Origin: Neodothiora populina
Taxonomy: Eukaryota
Direction of reading: 5' to 3'
Assembly: GCF_041146345.1 (NCBI RefSeq)
Contig: NW_027191413.1
Location: 1,860,001 to 1,924,000, forward strand
DNA: 64,000 nt
The position numbers were made by a program, and so were the translations under genes. Position 1 is the first letter of the stretch; every line of letters begins with the position of its first letter. The notes below the pieces were generated by a model, which was not told the DNA's origin, made no database searches, and saw only the letters and a list, made by a program, of their open reading frames with translations. This document shows positions 35,259-47,464 of the stretch, piece after piece.

Positions 35259-36772
35259 TTCTCCAGCCTGATCTTGAACCACCCCCAAGCATAGCCGAAC
35301 GCCACCCTCCTCCATATCTCACACAACAAGACGTGCAGAGCGAGAGACACACACGAAGACTGATAAGAAATCAGATAGGCCACCACCACGGCTCGGCGGC
35401 GAAAGAGCTGATCGAGCGCTGCATAGCCTTCTACACGACGCTGTTCCAGGACTCTGCGAAGCTGACATGGTCGCAAGTGCGGGACGTGGCCACGCGGGAG
35501 TTTGAGCCGAGGATCAGGACTAATTGGCCTGCGTATTATGAGGAGATGAGAGGTGAGGACGCTTTGTTCTGACTTTTGTTCACTACTGCTTTTTCGTGTT
35601 GTTGTCTATGCTACTGTTTGGGTGTCTCTGGATGTTTGGGATTGGAGTGGGAGTGGTTGAGTAGTGAGACAAACGACGATTGTGTCAAGAAGCGTATGGC
35701 TGATATGTATATCCAAAAACACAGGTATAGCTGCGGGGGCAGGCAAGCAGGTCTCGGACATCATAGCGCTGAACGTGCGAACCGAGATAACTTTCGGCCT
35801 GTTCAGCGACGGGTGCACTGCGCTTTCGTGGCGCGAAGGGGAGGCTAGCTTCCTGGCTCAGAATTGGGACGTGAGTTCATCCCAGCACTGCACCCTTCTT
35901 CTCTCGCTCTCTCTCTCTCCTCCCGTGTGCCCTCAAGTAGATATCCAGCGTCAGCTTGTGAGAGCTACATAGCTAACGACGTGGCTGCACGCAACGCACA
36001 GTGGATGCGCCAACAAAAAGAGAACCTCGTCATCCTAACCATCGAGCAAGCGGGCAAGCCGACGATCAAAACCGTCGCAGAAGCAGGTATGCTGGCCAAG
36101 ATCGGGCTCAATAGCTCTGGCGTGGGCGTATGTCTCAATGCGATCCGCGCAAAGGGTATGTATCCCAGTCGACTGCCGTGTCATTTGGGTCTGCGCATGG
36201 TGCTGGAAAGCGAGTCTCGAGACGAGGCGATTGCGAAGCTGGAGGGGTTTGGGATCGCCTCGAGTTGTCATATGCTTGTTGCTGATCGGACTGGAGGGAT
36301 TGGGGTTGAGTGGTGAGTTCCCAGACTGGTTTCTTTATATTCTGAACCTTTCCGCTTCCTTGTTTCTCAAGAGAAAGACAAGTCGATAATGCACCAGGCT
36401 GACCAAAGACACAGGAGCCACATCGACGTTGCGAAGCTGGCGATGAACGATGCTAACCAGGTGTTCCACTCCAACCACTTTCTGCTTCCACACACAGGCG
36501 TCACAGAAACGGTCTGGCTTGAGGACAGCAGAGTGCGCATCAAGCGTGTCGAGGAGCTGTGCTCGAAGCTCGAAGGCACACTTTGCCTCCGATCCGTGCA
36601 AAGCATTTTCACAGATGAGAGTAACTACCCGTACTCGATATGTCGAGCGCAGGAGCAAGGAAATCACTCAGAGACGCTGTTTAATATTGTCATGGACTTG
36701 ACGAACAGTGCGGCCAAAGTGATCGAGGGTAGACCGACTGAGCCTGAGGCGTTTTACGAACTTTCCTTTTAG
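35147..36772 (+). CDS. Peptidase C45 / acyl-CoA:6-APA acyltransferase-like Ntn hydrolase (IAT-like); 5 exons
   Basis: Spliced CSGTPFE-IGHHHG, LNVRTEI, DG/CT autoprocessing site, AQNWDW, EAGMLAKIGLNSSGVGVCLNA, HSNHFL and ETLFNIVMDL. Confidence 0.88.
35229..35258. repeat. (AGC)10 microsatellite inside intron 1 (35183..35374) of the C45 gene
   Basis: Direct reading. Confidence 0.95.
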
Positions 36773-36845
36773 TGAATATTCTTGTGTTTATTCAATACCA
36801 GTATAAATTGACATCTACCTATTCTTTGTCATGTATAGACTTTTC

Positions 36846-38392
36846 CTAGTTTGTCAGTACAATGTCCTCGACTCTATAATGGTCTGCGACAATTCTGTAG
36901 AGATAGCTGGGTGCATGACCGCCCCTGTTTAAACACCGTCAGCGATTGCGTTCAAGGAAAGTCACAATGCAAGAGACTCACAAGTTCGTGATGTAGAGAT
37001 CCACCAGATCGGCGCTGACGTAATCGTAGATGGGGTTGACGACCTCGACATTCTCCACCACATCGCCTTCGTCGAATCCAATCACCTTGCCTGGGTCTCC
37101 GTACTCGACAAGCTCCTCCATATCGAACGGATAGACCGGACTGAGCTTGTAAACACCACTGACCACAACAACGGGTGTCTGATGCACCTTTGCCGCCTGA
37201 GCGATCGTCAGAGCACCAGCAGCTGCGATTAGCCCTCCGTTGGCCAAGACGGTGTGAGGTGCGAGAATGACCTTGTTGATGCGTGACATGAGCGCAAACA
37301 CGGCCGAGTCTGGAATGACGATGACTGTGATACCCATGGAAGTCAGCGGCTTCCATCTGTCCTCGGGCTCGTCGTCGTCGTCGTCTTTCTTTCCACCAGT
37401 CATAATCGTTGCATGGGTGTCCACGTGGTCGTTGGGAAATGCTTCAGCATGAACAACAGTAAACTTGCGCTTTCGTGCCGCGTTGATCAGGAACTTTTGC
37501 ACAGTAGTCGATGATGTGTGAGTGAGGATGATTTCGTTCGCGTGGATGTGCTCCAGCGCCGAAGCGGCAATCTGATCATCGACAACTTCTAGTTCGTCGA
37601 GAAGCTCCTTGATGCCATCAATAACCTCGGCTTTGATGTCCACCTTAGGTTCCGTTGGTGGAGTGGCAAAACCTCTCGTCGAGGAAGCGGACTTGTGCAC
37701 TGGTGATTGACTACCAGGAGGTGGAGTTGGGACCGGAGAAGCCTCATCTGGATGCGAAAGAAGTCCGAATAAAGAAGTAACGTGAGGTCCAGGAGTAGCA
37801 TAAGACGTGTGAGAGCTCAGGAGCGGTGGTCTAGCATGACCCATGCTTGACGAGTCAGAGCCTGCGGGCGAAGCATCACGGCTCGCCACTTGCATGTGAT
37901 GTGGTAGTGAATTGGCCTGGCTGAGATTAGAGAACCCCGACAGGCCAGGTCGTTGGAAAGAGTCGTTGTGGCCGGGCTGTGGCGATGTGGGGGCTCCAGC
38001 ATCGCTGTCGGCGCCTTCCTCGACAACTTCGCGGATGAGACCCAAGACTCGTCGAACAATGTTTCCGACTGCCATTTCTCGAGGCTGAGCCGCGATCAGA
38101 CGCTGTCCGACCTTTCGCACACGCTCAATTAGAGATCCGGCATCCCGCACACGAGAAGTCGCCACAACTCGCAGGAGGAGCTGTGTCGTCGCGATAGCGC
38201 ATGGCCTTGAGTTCCTGATCTGACGTCTCTTCAGTAATCTTTATTTTGTTAGTTATGGCAACTATCAACATAGCAGATATAAAGATCTTCGTACGAGATG
38301 AAGTGCTCGATAGAGGTCTCCACATCGGCATGTTTGAGGGACTTTAGAAATGAAGATAATCCAGGCTGTGCAGACATGACTGCAGCGGGCAT
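36846..38392 (-). CDS. GCD7: Translation initiation factor eIF2B beta subunit; 3 exons
   Basis: Motifs AQPREMAVGNIVRRVL, ALEHIHANEIILT, IPDSAVFALMSRINKVIL, VYKLSPVYP and LYITNL-GGHAPSYLYRIVADHY. Confidence 0.93.
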
Positions 38393-38857
38393 TATGATGA
38401 GTTGCTCAGATTATTCAAAGGTCTCCCAGCCTACAAATAACGAGTGCAAGCAAGCCAGTCAGAAATTGTCCTCGTCAGAAATGGAAGTCTATGGATGCTT
38501 GGCTTTCCAACTTCTTGGTGAATGATTAGTACAGTCGGGCAATTACGTGAACCAGTGAGATGGTGCAGATGTCGTTGTCAAGTGTTGTGTTCTCAGACGG
38601 TATATCAATTCATCACAGCACAAATTCCTGCATGTGATATGACTGTGACTGGAGATTCAGAGCGCAACGCATCGATGCCACACCGGCTGAACCTCGGAAT
38701 TGTTTCTTTCTGCCCCGCGGCGCGTCAGACGCGGGACCCTTGAAACAACAAAAAACACCTTGATATATTGGTCCAGTGATTTGTTTAGTAGTTGACTTGA
38801 CAGAATATAAAAAGAAAAGAGGAGAGATAGAGTCCCCCCTTGTCGACGCACAGAAAC

Positions 38858-39863
38858 ATGGCAATGTCGTTGAAACCAGGTCTGACGCCTGCAGAAGTTG
38901 CATTCATATGCGAAATGGAAATGGTGACGGTGATACCGCGTCAACGTCTTGATACGCTCGAGTTGCTAGGAGTGAGTTGCACCCAGCTGTACGTTCCTCG
39001 TCAGTCAGTCGTTACATAGCACATACCATAGAGAGGAATGTGAAAAGGACTGCTGCGACTCAATCTGACAATTTCTTCCATCTCCTCTTGAAACAGGGAC
39101 CCACACAACCACTGAACCCTCCGTTTCCAACCTCTCTGCCCCTCTGGCTAGCACTACTACTCAAACGACAACGACGAGCGAACATATCTCCGCCGGCATG
39201 GCTATCTCCCTCGGCACTATCGGCGATTCTAGAAATCGAAGTCGAGCACGACGAGGCCTTCTCGCCGCCTCCAAACCTGCCTCACCGCACAACAAACCAC
39301 TCTTCTGACCTCGGATCAACGACAAATTACCTCGACATAGCAGATCTGGAACTCGCGCCTCCCTTCTTACAATCATGCACCACGGCCGCATCGCCAGAGG
39401 CTTTGCCGTACCATTGGCTCGAACTCAGCCACATGCTGCTGTCTGCCGCGCCCGACGACTTCGAGGAACCGGATACCGTGCGCCGCTTACTGCGCGATCT
39501 GAGAGAGGTGCGCATGGCGAAGCTGCGCAAGGGAATCAAGGTCCTTGATGCGGGGGGTGGTGTGCAGATGAATGGTGCTGGCGGGATGGAGATTGCTGAG
39601 AGCAGGAATTTCATTGTCGGCGTTGTGGATGGGTTGAGGTATGTTTTTTGTAATATCTTTTCCTCTGGTGTTGAGGTCTCTGGTGCTTCGACTTGCACTG
39701 GTCTCCCTGCCTGCTCACGATCTATTGGTTCGTAGAGACTTACCTAGAACAAAACAGGAAACTAGGAGCGTCGCGCGAACAAGCGCGCAGAGAACGAGAA
39801 GACGACGAAGGAGACGACTACGCAAAAGATAACGACGATGACGACGACGAAGACATGCTATAA
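38858..39863 (+). CDS. PSF2: GINS complex subunit Psf2; 3 exons
   Basis: [60 protein letters not shown] and [14 protein letters not shown]. Confidence 0.93.
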
Positions 39864-40354
39864 CGCAACAATCTTGTTCATCATGTTGATGTGGGCCTCG
39901 GGAAAGGAAGAAAAAAGACCTTCACCCAACCCATGATTGCCTGGATGATAGAATATACCCAAGCCGTCCGTCACGCTTCAGCTCGAAGGAAGAAAAGAAA
40001 ATATTTCATGATCATCAAAGCTCACGAATGCAAGAGTACGAAAAGCTGCGCAAGTGAACGTCAGAAGACTCACTCGGGCCGCATGCATCCATCTCAGGAC
40101 AATCCCCTAATGTGGTTATAGGCTGAGAGCAAGCTCATCACAGCACTGTGCAGAGAAATTCCAGTCACGAAGAGAATATTGATAGTATGGTTGATCGATT
40201 GACCTTTCTCTATAGCTCTTCTTCCCTGCTCTTCGAATTGTAAGGACCCAAAAAAGAATGAAAAGTTCAAAAAGATGTTTATGGTGGGGGATCGTTGTAC
40301 ATAGTTAGCGTCTACAGTAGAAAGAACAGCATGACTGGTCAGTTCTTCTTCTTT

Positions 40355-40376
40355 TGCTGCTGCTGCTGCTGCTGCT
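40355..40376. repeat. (TGC)7 microsatellite in the PSF2-SAK1 3' intergenic region
   Basis: Direct reading. Confidence 0.9.
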
Positions 40377-40831
40377 CCAAGCAAGAAGAGAAAACAAAGA
40401 GCATGAAAAAGGGGCAGAAATTTACAGTCTTCCTTTGCCGGCTCACCCTCCTTTCTAATCATCGCATTGAGAACATGAAACAGAAAGCAAGAAAATGGGA
40501 TCTAGCGCCGCGCTCAATGTTTGTGTCAGATGCTCATATTGGTGGAGAAAAGGTTGACATGTCTTTTGTTGTGAGAAGACAGGCGGCCAGCCAGTCCACA
40601 GCAGCCCACTCACCAGTCAACCAGCCAACCAGCCAACCAGCCCAAGCCAGGCCAGACTGCGTTCATCCCTTGGCTATGACCACCATGCACCCAGAGCCCG
40701 TAATAAATGTCATATATAAACCCACGAGGACCAAGAGGGTGTAATGTAAAATAGACCGAAGAAGTAAAATAGGAAGAAGAGTAGAGAAGAGAAAAAGGTT
40801 TGACACCAGCAAATAAATAACACCATCACCG

Positions 40832-43800
40832 TCATGAGCGTTCTTGGCTCTTGTTGCCATCGTCTTCGTTGCTGATGACCTTTTTCATGGTATTGTTACT
40901 GCCGCTGCGTGATGACTTCTTGGAAAATGCCGATGATCCTGTTTCCCTTCTCTGGCGATGCTGCGATTTCAAACTGCTGCTTCCGAAGCTCTGTCGTATA
41001 CTGCGTGGCATGGATCGACGACGGACCATCTGGAGACCCTCATCGTCGTCGGATGAGTCCTCGTAGTCATCTTCGTCTTCCTCGCTTTCTATTGCATCAT
41101 CACCTACGTATCCGTCGTCTTCAAGGTTGGAAAAGGGCCGTAACTTCATTGCATCACCCACCGTCAAGGGTTCTCCGCCCACGACTAGCGTTTTGCGGTC
41201 GTCAGTGGCGGCGTCCGAATCCACTGTGGTGACAGATGGGATAGAGGGATTCGAGAAAGTCATCCATGTACCCGTGCGGAATCGATCTTCTGACGAGCTG
41301 GGCGTCATGATTGGTAAACCACTCGAAGTGCGGCTTGTTGGACTCGTCTCCATGGATGGGCCACTTGAGACACCCTCTTGGTGCAGCTTCACATTTCTTC
41401 GGTATTCGATCTCATCGTCGGGGCTCGGCGGACAAGTCGTAGGGCTCATTGGTCTCACATTGTTGCCGAACGATGCTCTTTCTCGACTCTCCTTGGCTCG
41501 CTTGCGCAGGTATTCGTCCTCGGCGCGGCGAAAACCCTCTTCCGTAGAGTCATTGGCGATCATCCTGGGACTCTTGGACGAACCTTTCGGAGCCATGCCG
41601 GCATCGAGCATTCGCCGTGCAGCCAGAGAAGCGGAAGACGCCTTTTGAGCTAGACTGAGACTATCACGATGGCCTGCGACAGAGTGGGACCGGGAGTGTA
41701 CCGGACTGGTTAACGCGCTTCCGACAGCACTTGTTGGTGCACTTCCAGCGGTAGCGAAGCATTGCAGTGCTTGGGGAGGATTGACGTGGCCAGACGCTTG
41801 CATGTTATTCACGGCTATACTAGGGCCGGCATGTGGGTCCATCGGGTCTGTAGGCTCGCGGTTGGTGTAGTACTCTGTTTCATCCACACTGCGCCCGGCG
41901 GCGCTCCTGTCTCTGACAGTTTTCAGTATCCGCCGTCCAGCACCGCTCAACAAGCCCCCAAGGTTCGATACGGTGGACGTCTCGCTTAAGCTCAGAAGAT
42001 TGGGCGACGAGGGAGGTGAGCCAACTTTCGGTGAAGACATTGTGCCACCCTGTCGGATGGTTCGTGCCGAGGTCGCGGTTGACATGGCTGCCCTGGACCT
42101 CTCGGAATTTGCCCATAGAGTGTCAGACGAGCGCGATATATCTTTGAAGTCAGGCGACAGCGCGGTAGGGGTAGTTGCGGTCGTGTCGCCCGGTGACTGG
42201 ATCGGACTGGCGGTGACACTTTGGGCTAAGGGGTGCTCGCGTTCACGCGAAGCTTGTAGTGCAGTAAATATAGACTCGTCTCCGCGTAAGCTGTTTCGCC
42301 TGCCCTCACCACCGGGAGTGGTGATCGGCGAAGGCACCGATGAAGCATTGGATCCAGATGTAGACGGCGCTCTTGGTCGTGCAGTAGCCGATGACGCGCG
42401 CCCCAGTCCGCTCATAAGACCTCCGACTGTTTTCTTCAGGCCTGAGCGTATACGCTCGACAAGTTTAACAGGCACGACGGCGTCCTGTAATTCTTCTTTA
42501 GATACCTGGATCTTCTTGCCTTGTGCTTGCCGTGATGGATCCGTGTCGCTCAACCAGAGTTCTTTGTTTTGGATGTCCTGCAAAACCCAGGGATGATGGC
42601 GTACTTCTTCTAACGTTATTCGCTGCTCAGGATCCTTGATCAGCAGTCTATGTAAAAGGTCGAGGAGTGAATCGTCAAGTTCTTCGTAAACAAGCTCGTA
42701 CTCGGAGCGTCTGCCAGATGCGGCAGGTGGAAAATAGCGGCCGTGAGAGGAAGGTCGTGATTTTGGTCGTGGGTCTACAGGTCGCAATCGTTTGTGCGGG
42801 ATGTAGATGTCTTCGTCAGCTATTCGTCTCATGACAACGTACTCGCTGTCAACAAAAGGTGTTCGTCCAAAAAGCATGCAAAATAGGGTGATTCCCAAAG
42901 CCCACACATCAATGGCCTTACCGACCGAAGGGATCGTCTCGCCATCCAGTGGCATGTCTGTGTAGCATAATTCGGGAGCATAGAACGCAGCGGTGCCGAC
43001 GGTTTTAGCAAGCTCTTTGGCTTCGTCGAAATCCTGTGCGTCGGACTCGGAGAGGTTCTCTGCTTGTTCGTCGTTGATGGGGCGTCCAAGGTACGAGACA
43101 CCGAAATCGGATATCTTGGTCCGATGCTCGTACGTCTGTAACAAGTTCGGAGGCTTGATGTCGCGGTGTATGATGCCTTGCCAGTGCAGGTACTGCAACC
43201 CAAGAACGGTATCCCTGAATGCGACTCTTGCAGCAGGCAGTGTCATACACGGCACGTGCAGAAGTTCAGGGTGGATGTCCGAATCCAGTATCTCGATGGC
43301 TGCAGATGCGTATTTGTTGCTGGCCCCGTAGTGGGAGAGACCACGCGCACCGAAGGATTGCACACTGCTTGCCAAGCTAGGGGTTCGCAGGATGTCAACC
43401 CCTTCGTAAGATCCATACATGGTCCCTTCAAGGTTAGCAGAGTCGGCGAATTGATCTAGTCGCGGAATCTCAAGAGTTGGCGCACTTGACTGGATAGGCG
43501 TGGGAAGATCCAGTGGTTCGCTTTCAGCGCGAGGCGCGGGCGTTGCCACCCTAGAGAGTGCTTCCATGCTGGTTTCCTCGGTCGTCGTCGACATTTTGGA
43601 ACCACGCTCGATGTCGGACTCGTCGTCGTCGGAGTCGCCTCCAAACTCAAAACTCCACGCCTCAGGGCCACTGCCACCGGCAAGTCTCTGTCGTCTGAGT
43701 TTGCGAAGCTGTCGCCGTTGCTGTTTTAGTCGCCTCGCTCTAGCTTCATCCAGGATGGCCCGATCTATCGCTTCGGCTTCCTCGTCGTCGAACAGGCCTT

Positions 43801-44974
43801 CTGATTCTCTATCGTAACGGCGACACTCGATGAGTGCTATTTCCTTGGGCGCTGATGCTCGCCACACAATCTCGCCTAGCTCGACGCGCTCAAGAACAAT
43901 GTAGACTTTCTTGCGTGCGGGGTCGTCTATGACTTCCAGCAAAGCGACGATGTTGGGATGACGGGCCTTTTTCAGAATGGCAACTTCTTTCTTGACCTTG
44001 TCTTCAGCGTTACCGAGTTTGCCGAGCCTGCGCTTTTTTGAGTACCTCTCAACAATCTTTATTGCGACATACTCATTGGTCTGAAGATTGCGACCCAGCT
44101 TGACCTTTCCGTGCGTACCTCTACCGAGCTCGTCGATGATTTCATAGTTGTTGATCAGTTTCCGTCCCGAGATGGGATCGATGTCGACATCCGCTATATG
44201 AGTTTCTTTGGGTGCCTGACGATGGGTGAAATGTAAGAATGGACTGGCGTAAAAGCCCTGTTCATCCGGACCCAGATCAGACGGCGGCGTGGCCGGAGGA
44301 GCAGAGGGGTTGAAAAGACCGGGAGTGACAGCGGGCGAGTGACCGGCAGACCTCGTGGCAGATTGGTGTAGCGATGCAATAGCCTGGCGGAAAGTTTGTG
44401 GTTGAGCAGGATGATAAGTCTGGGTGCGCAAAGTAGGCGGCAGATGGGGCGGAGGGTAGCGCTGTTGTTGCAGAGCGGAAAAAGCCTGGTTGGGATAGGC
44501 GGGTCCCGAAGACGATGCAGGGTATTTGGAGGTGACGATTGAAAGGTTCGCAGGAGGATGGAAATAATCAAAGTTACGCGCAGTCACTGTTACATTGCTC
44601 TGTGTGCTCGCTGTCGACTCGTGTGACTGATCTCTCTGCACACCGGGTCTTCCCATAATGTCCGGGTAATCTGCCACGCGACGCATCGCCTCGGGTGATG
44701 TGGTATCATTGGTCCGTCCGCGTTCGGTTGAGGATGAAGAAGTCGCCGAGTAGGATGAGTGCGAGACAGGCGAAGAAGTCCGACTGTGTATCGACCGAGG
44801 CTTGAAGTATCCATTGTCAGAGGCTCCATCGTTCAAGGCATCAGAATGCGTCGACCGCGGAGGACTGGTGGAAGTAGGTCGGGAGGGGTTGTTTGATCGC
44901 GGTGTCTGCGTGCCATCATACCCGCTGCCGGGTCTTGATTGTGTCTCGGCCTCTGGCCCATGCTCTTCTTCCAT
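40832..44974 (-). CDS. SAK1: Snf1-activating / CaMKK-family Ser/Thr kinase (Sak1/Ssp1-like), intronless
   Basis: INNYEIIDELGRGTHGKVKLG, VAIK, KEVAILKK, IIHRDIKPPNLL, ISDFGVS, LAKTVGTAAFYAPE and DVWALG. First ATG is at 44974; the ORF track starts at a GTG. Confidence 0.9.
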   Translation of the reverse strand: MEEEHGPEAETQSRPGSGYDGTQTPRSNNPSRPTSTSPPRSTHSDALNDGASDNGYFKPRSIHSRTSSPVSHSSYSATSSSSTERGRTNDTTSPEAMRRVADYPDIMGRPGVQRDQSHESTASTQSNVTVTARNFDYFHPPANLSIVTSKYPASSSGPAYPNQAFSALQQQRYPPPHLPPTLRTQTYHPAQPQTFRQAIASLHQSATRSAGHSPAVTPGLFNPSAPPATPPSDLGPDEQGFYASPFLHFTHRQAPKETHIADVDIDPISGRKLINNYEIIDELGRGTHGKVKLGRNLQTNEYVAIKIVERYSKKRRLGKLGNAEDKVKKEVAILKKARHPNIVALLEVIDDPARKKVYIVLERVELGEIVWRASAPKEIALIECRRYDRESEGLFDDEEAEAIDRAILDEARARRLKQQRRQLRKLRRQRLAGGSGPEAWSFEFGGDSDDDESDIERGSKMSTTTEETSMEALSRVATPAPRAESEPLDLPTPIQSSAPTLEIPRLDQFADSANLEGTMYGSYEGVDILRTPSLASSVQSFGARGLSHYGASNKYASAAIEILDSDIHPELLHVPCMTLPAARVAFRDTVLGLQYLHWQGIIHRDIKPPNLLQTYEHRTKISDFGVSYLGRPINDEQAENLSESDAQDFDEAKELAKTVGTAAFYAPELCYTDMPLDGETIPSVGKAIDVWALGITLFCMLFGRTPFVDSEYVVMRRIADEDIYIPHKRLRPVDPRPKSRPSSHGRYFPPAASGRRSEYELVYEELDDSLLDLLHRLLIKDPEQRITLEEVRHHPWVLQDIQNKELWLSDTDPSRQAQGKKIQVSKEELQDAVVPVKLVERIRSGLKKTVGGLMSGLGRASSATARPRAPSTSGSNASSVPSPITTPGGEGRRNSLRGDESIFTALQASREREHPLAQSVTASPIQSPGDTTATTPTALSPDFKDISRSSDTLWANSERSRAAMSTATSARTIRQGGTMSSPKVGSPPSSPNLLSLSETSTVSNLGGLLSGAGRRILKTVRDRSAAGRSVDETEYYTNREPTDPMDPHAGPSIAVNNMQASGHVNPPQALQCFATAGSAPTSAVGSALTSPVHSRSHSVAGHRDSLSLAQKASSASLAARRMLDAGMAPKGSSKSPRMIANDSTEEGFRRAEDEYLRKRAKESRERASFGNNVRPMSPTTCPPSPDDEIEYRRNVKLHQEGVSSGPSMETSPTSRTSSGLPIMTPSSSEDRFRTGTWMTFSNPSIPSVTTVDSDAATDDRKTLVVGGEPLTVGDAMKLRPFSNLEDDGYVGDDAIESEEDEDDYEDSSDDDEGLQMVRRRSMPRSIRQSFGSSSLKSQHRQRRETGSSAFSKKSSRSGSNNTMKKVISNEDDGNKSQERS

Positions 44975-47464
44975 GGCCACTTGAAACAGCGGAAGTCCAG
45001 TGAGTCGCAGCCAGAGCGTGCGTGGTGTTGCGTGCGAGTCCACGGTGGCTCAGTCACACGAGGTGTTGACCAGACTGATGTCACTCGCACAGTCAAAAGC
45101 CAGCGGCGGGGCTGGTTCCGATCTCTTGGTATCGTGAGTCGCCAATTTACTGAAGGGGGAAATGATTCATGTCGAACAAGAGATTGTGGCAATCGACGGC
45201 TCAGCGGACCGGAAGGAAGTGAAGATAGAGACAAATACCGGTGGGTAGGAGGTGGTGCCCGCCAGCGCTGTTCGGGGGACAAGCTTGGATAGACGACGCA
45301 ATAAGGAAAGGTGAAGTAACTTTGGGCGTCCGCGGTCGTGTGTGCCTGAGGTTAAGGTAAGGTACTTTACTTTACCCTAGCGACAGTGACAGCGACAGCG
45401 GTGACGATACTTGTAGAATGCCGAACTTTCTAGGCCGGGGTGGCAGACGATCAGATCAGCCCATGCAGATACAGAGGGACAGTTCACTTTTCTTCCGAGA
45501 GGCTTCTAATGTCTCTCTTATGGCACACCTGCACAATCAAAGCAACTTCCACAACAGCACCGACTGCCCGCAACAATTGGGTAGAGCGAAGTCGCGGAAT
45601 CGAGGTGGGCTCCCGAACCCTTGAGAAGCGCTGACTGTCCGTCGATGCCGGGGCGTTGAGAGCAGGTCCGTGCCAACTTTGGTACAAGTACAGTGAGTCG
45701 TGTACAGCACTTTTTAGGGTAAGGTAAAGTGGGTGAAGTGAGGTAGCGTACTGTAGGGTAAAGGCAGGCTGCAAGATGAGGACGAACAGCAGACAAACAG
45801 CTAGAAAGACAGCGCAGGTGCAAGTACGATATATGTAGTAGGTATTGCACGAACATCACAGTGAGGAGGGTGGGTAGCAATGACGCTTGGAGTGACTGCT
45901 CGTGCGCGCAGCCCCATACACCACATGGAAGCAGTGAGCGAGCGCACCGCACGCAGAGCCCGGCAACAGGAGCAGCAATAAATGCGAAATGTGTACACTC
46001 AGTAATGTGAGGTAGGATCGCTTGAACTAAAAGATGAGGTACAGTACGCTGTGGGGCGTACCTACTGTACTTACCTGTACAGTAGTACTTTACTTCCTAC
46101 CTGTGCAAGCGCAAAGAGCAAAAGTTAAAACTGCATGCGATGGTAAAGCAGCCCTCTATGGCTCTGGGGCTACATCACCTTACCTTGACACAACCGGTAC
46201 AGGGATACTTTCGATGAGTGCCTCTTCGGGCATGGTAGAGCGCTACCCCTCCCGCCTCCACGCTTGGATTCTTGTTATATTAAAGACTCGTGCTAGCCAC
46301 GGTGTTCACCAGAGCCATGTCCTTGTCAAACAATAGGCACCAACAAAAGTGCTCTTACATTCCGCCAAGATTTTGATGGATTGACAGTGAGGGGGCCAAT
46401 GATGGCGATGGGTAAACGGAGTTGGCTGCACGGGTGGCTGCATGCCAAATGGCCAACCGCCGTGTGGTGAAGTTTTTTTTTTCCACCGATCCCCAAAGCC
46501 TCATCAATGGTCAACCCCTGATGTTGAGTGACCCGTGTGCATGTCGCGCATGCCAGCTTTTGCCTTGATACTGTGGGTCTTTGCCTAAATTGCACATTGT
46601 CAACGAGATCGTACGACTCGTGGCATAATGCCAATGTTAGCGGCCCAATCTAAGTAGCGAACCCCGTATCTAGCAAATTTGATGAGAACGCCTCAGTCGA
46701 AGTGTGGTGTCCGTTTCGAGACAGACTCATCTTGCGTGGAGATGCTCGACCAAGAACAATCTACAATTCTCATATATTGCATTATATCCAGTTGCAGGTG
46801 ACGCCATTGGCCACAGTCCGCATTGGAGAAGTGCGACTGAAATCTGTACCTGTCATGGCACCCACCTGCTTGGAACAGTGTCCCGCGTGCAGTCTACTGC
46901 TTCATCGACGATCCCTTCCTTTTGCTGTGCACTGCTCGGGTCTATACTTTGCTCGCGTGCTCGAGGCTTAAACTCGCAATCAAGCACCAGCACGGTAATC
47001 GCAGACACTTTCACAGATGACCTGCCGCGGCCAACATCCTTTCTATAATCCGCATATAGTGCTACACTTTTTACTAGATGCAAATGAGCTAAGGAAGCCG
47101 TGGCGGGGTATAGATTGTGGAGTACATTGCCTAGTACAATAGCATCGATCCTCCAATAGCGCAAGCCTCTTTCACTCAGGCGGGTACTCCCGCAAGTTTT
47201 CTTCGATAATTCTATGGATGATACAGGTAAGGTACCTAGGAAAGGCACGCACATTGCTGTGCGTCACGTAAGCATCGCTTATTTGCAAGTTTGCCCAACC
47301 TTTAGTATTTTGCCTAATGCAGCTTGCCGATGGAGCGAAGATTGAGGCACAATTTGTGTCGTCTTTCGAAGTGTCTTGCTGCAGGCCACTGTGATGTAAA
47401 GCAGCGATACGCCCACAAAGAAACAATACGCACGGTACTTTTTATTCCTCATGCTCCTAGTACA

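Noticed and set aside
44975..45043. GTG-initiated N-terminal extension of the kinase (likewise TTG/GTG starts at 18631, 32463, 49851)
   Set aside because: The ORF track allows bacterial-style starts; an in-frame ATG follows shortly in each case.
46068..46077. TACTTACCTG, resembling the U1 snRNA 5' end
   Set aside because: No U1 stem-loops or Sm site are recognisable downstream; it lies in a TAC/GTA-rich low-complexity promoter tract.
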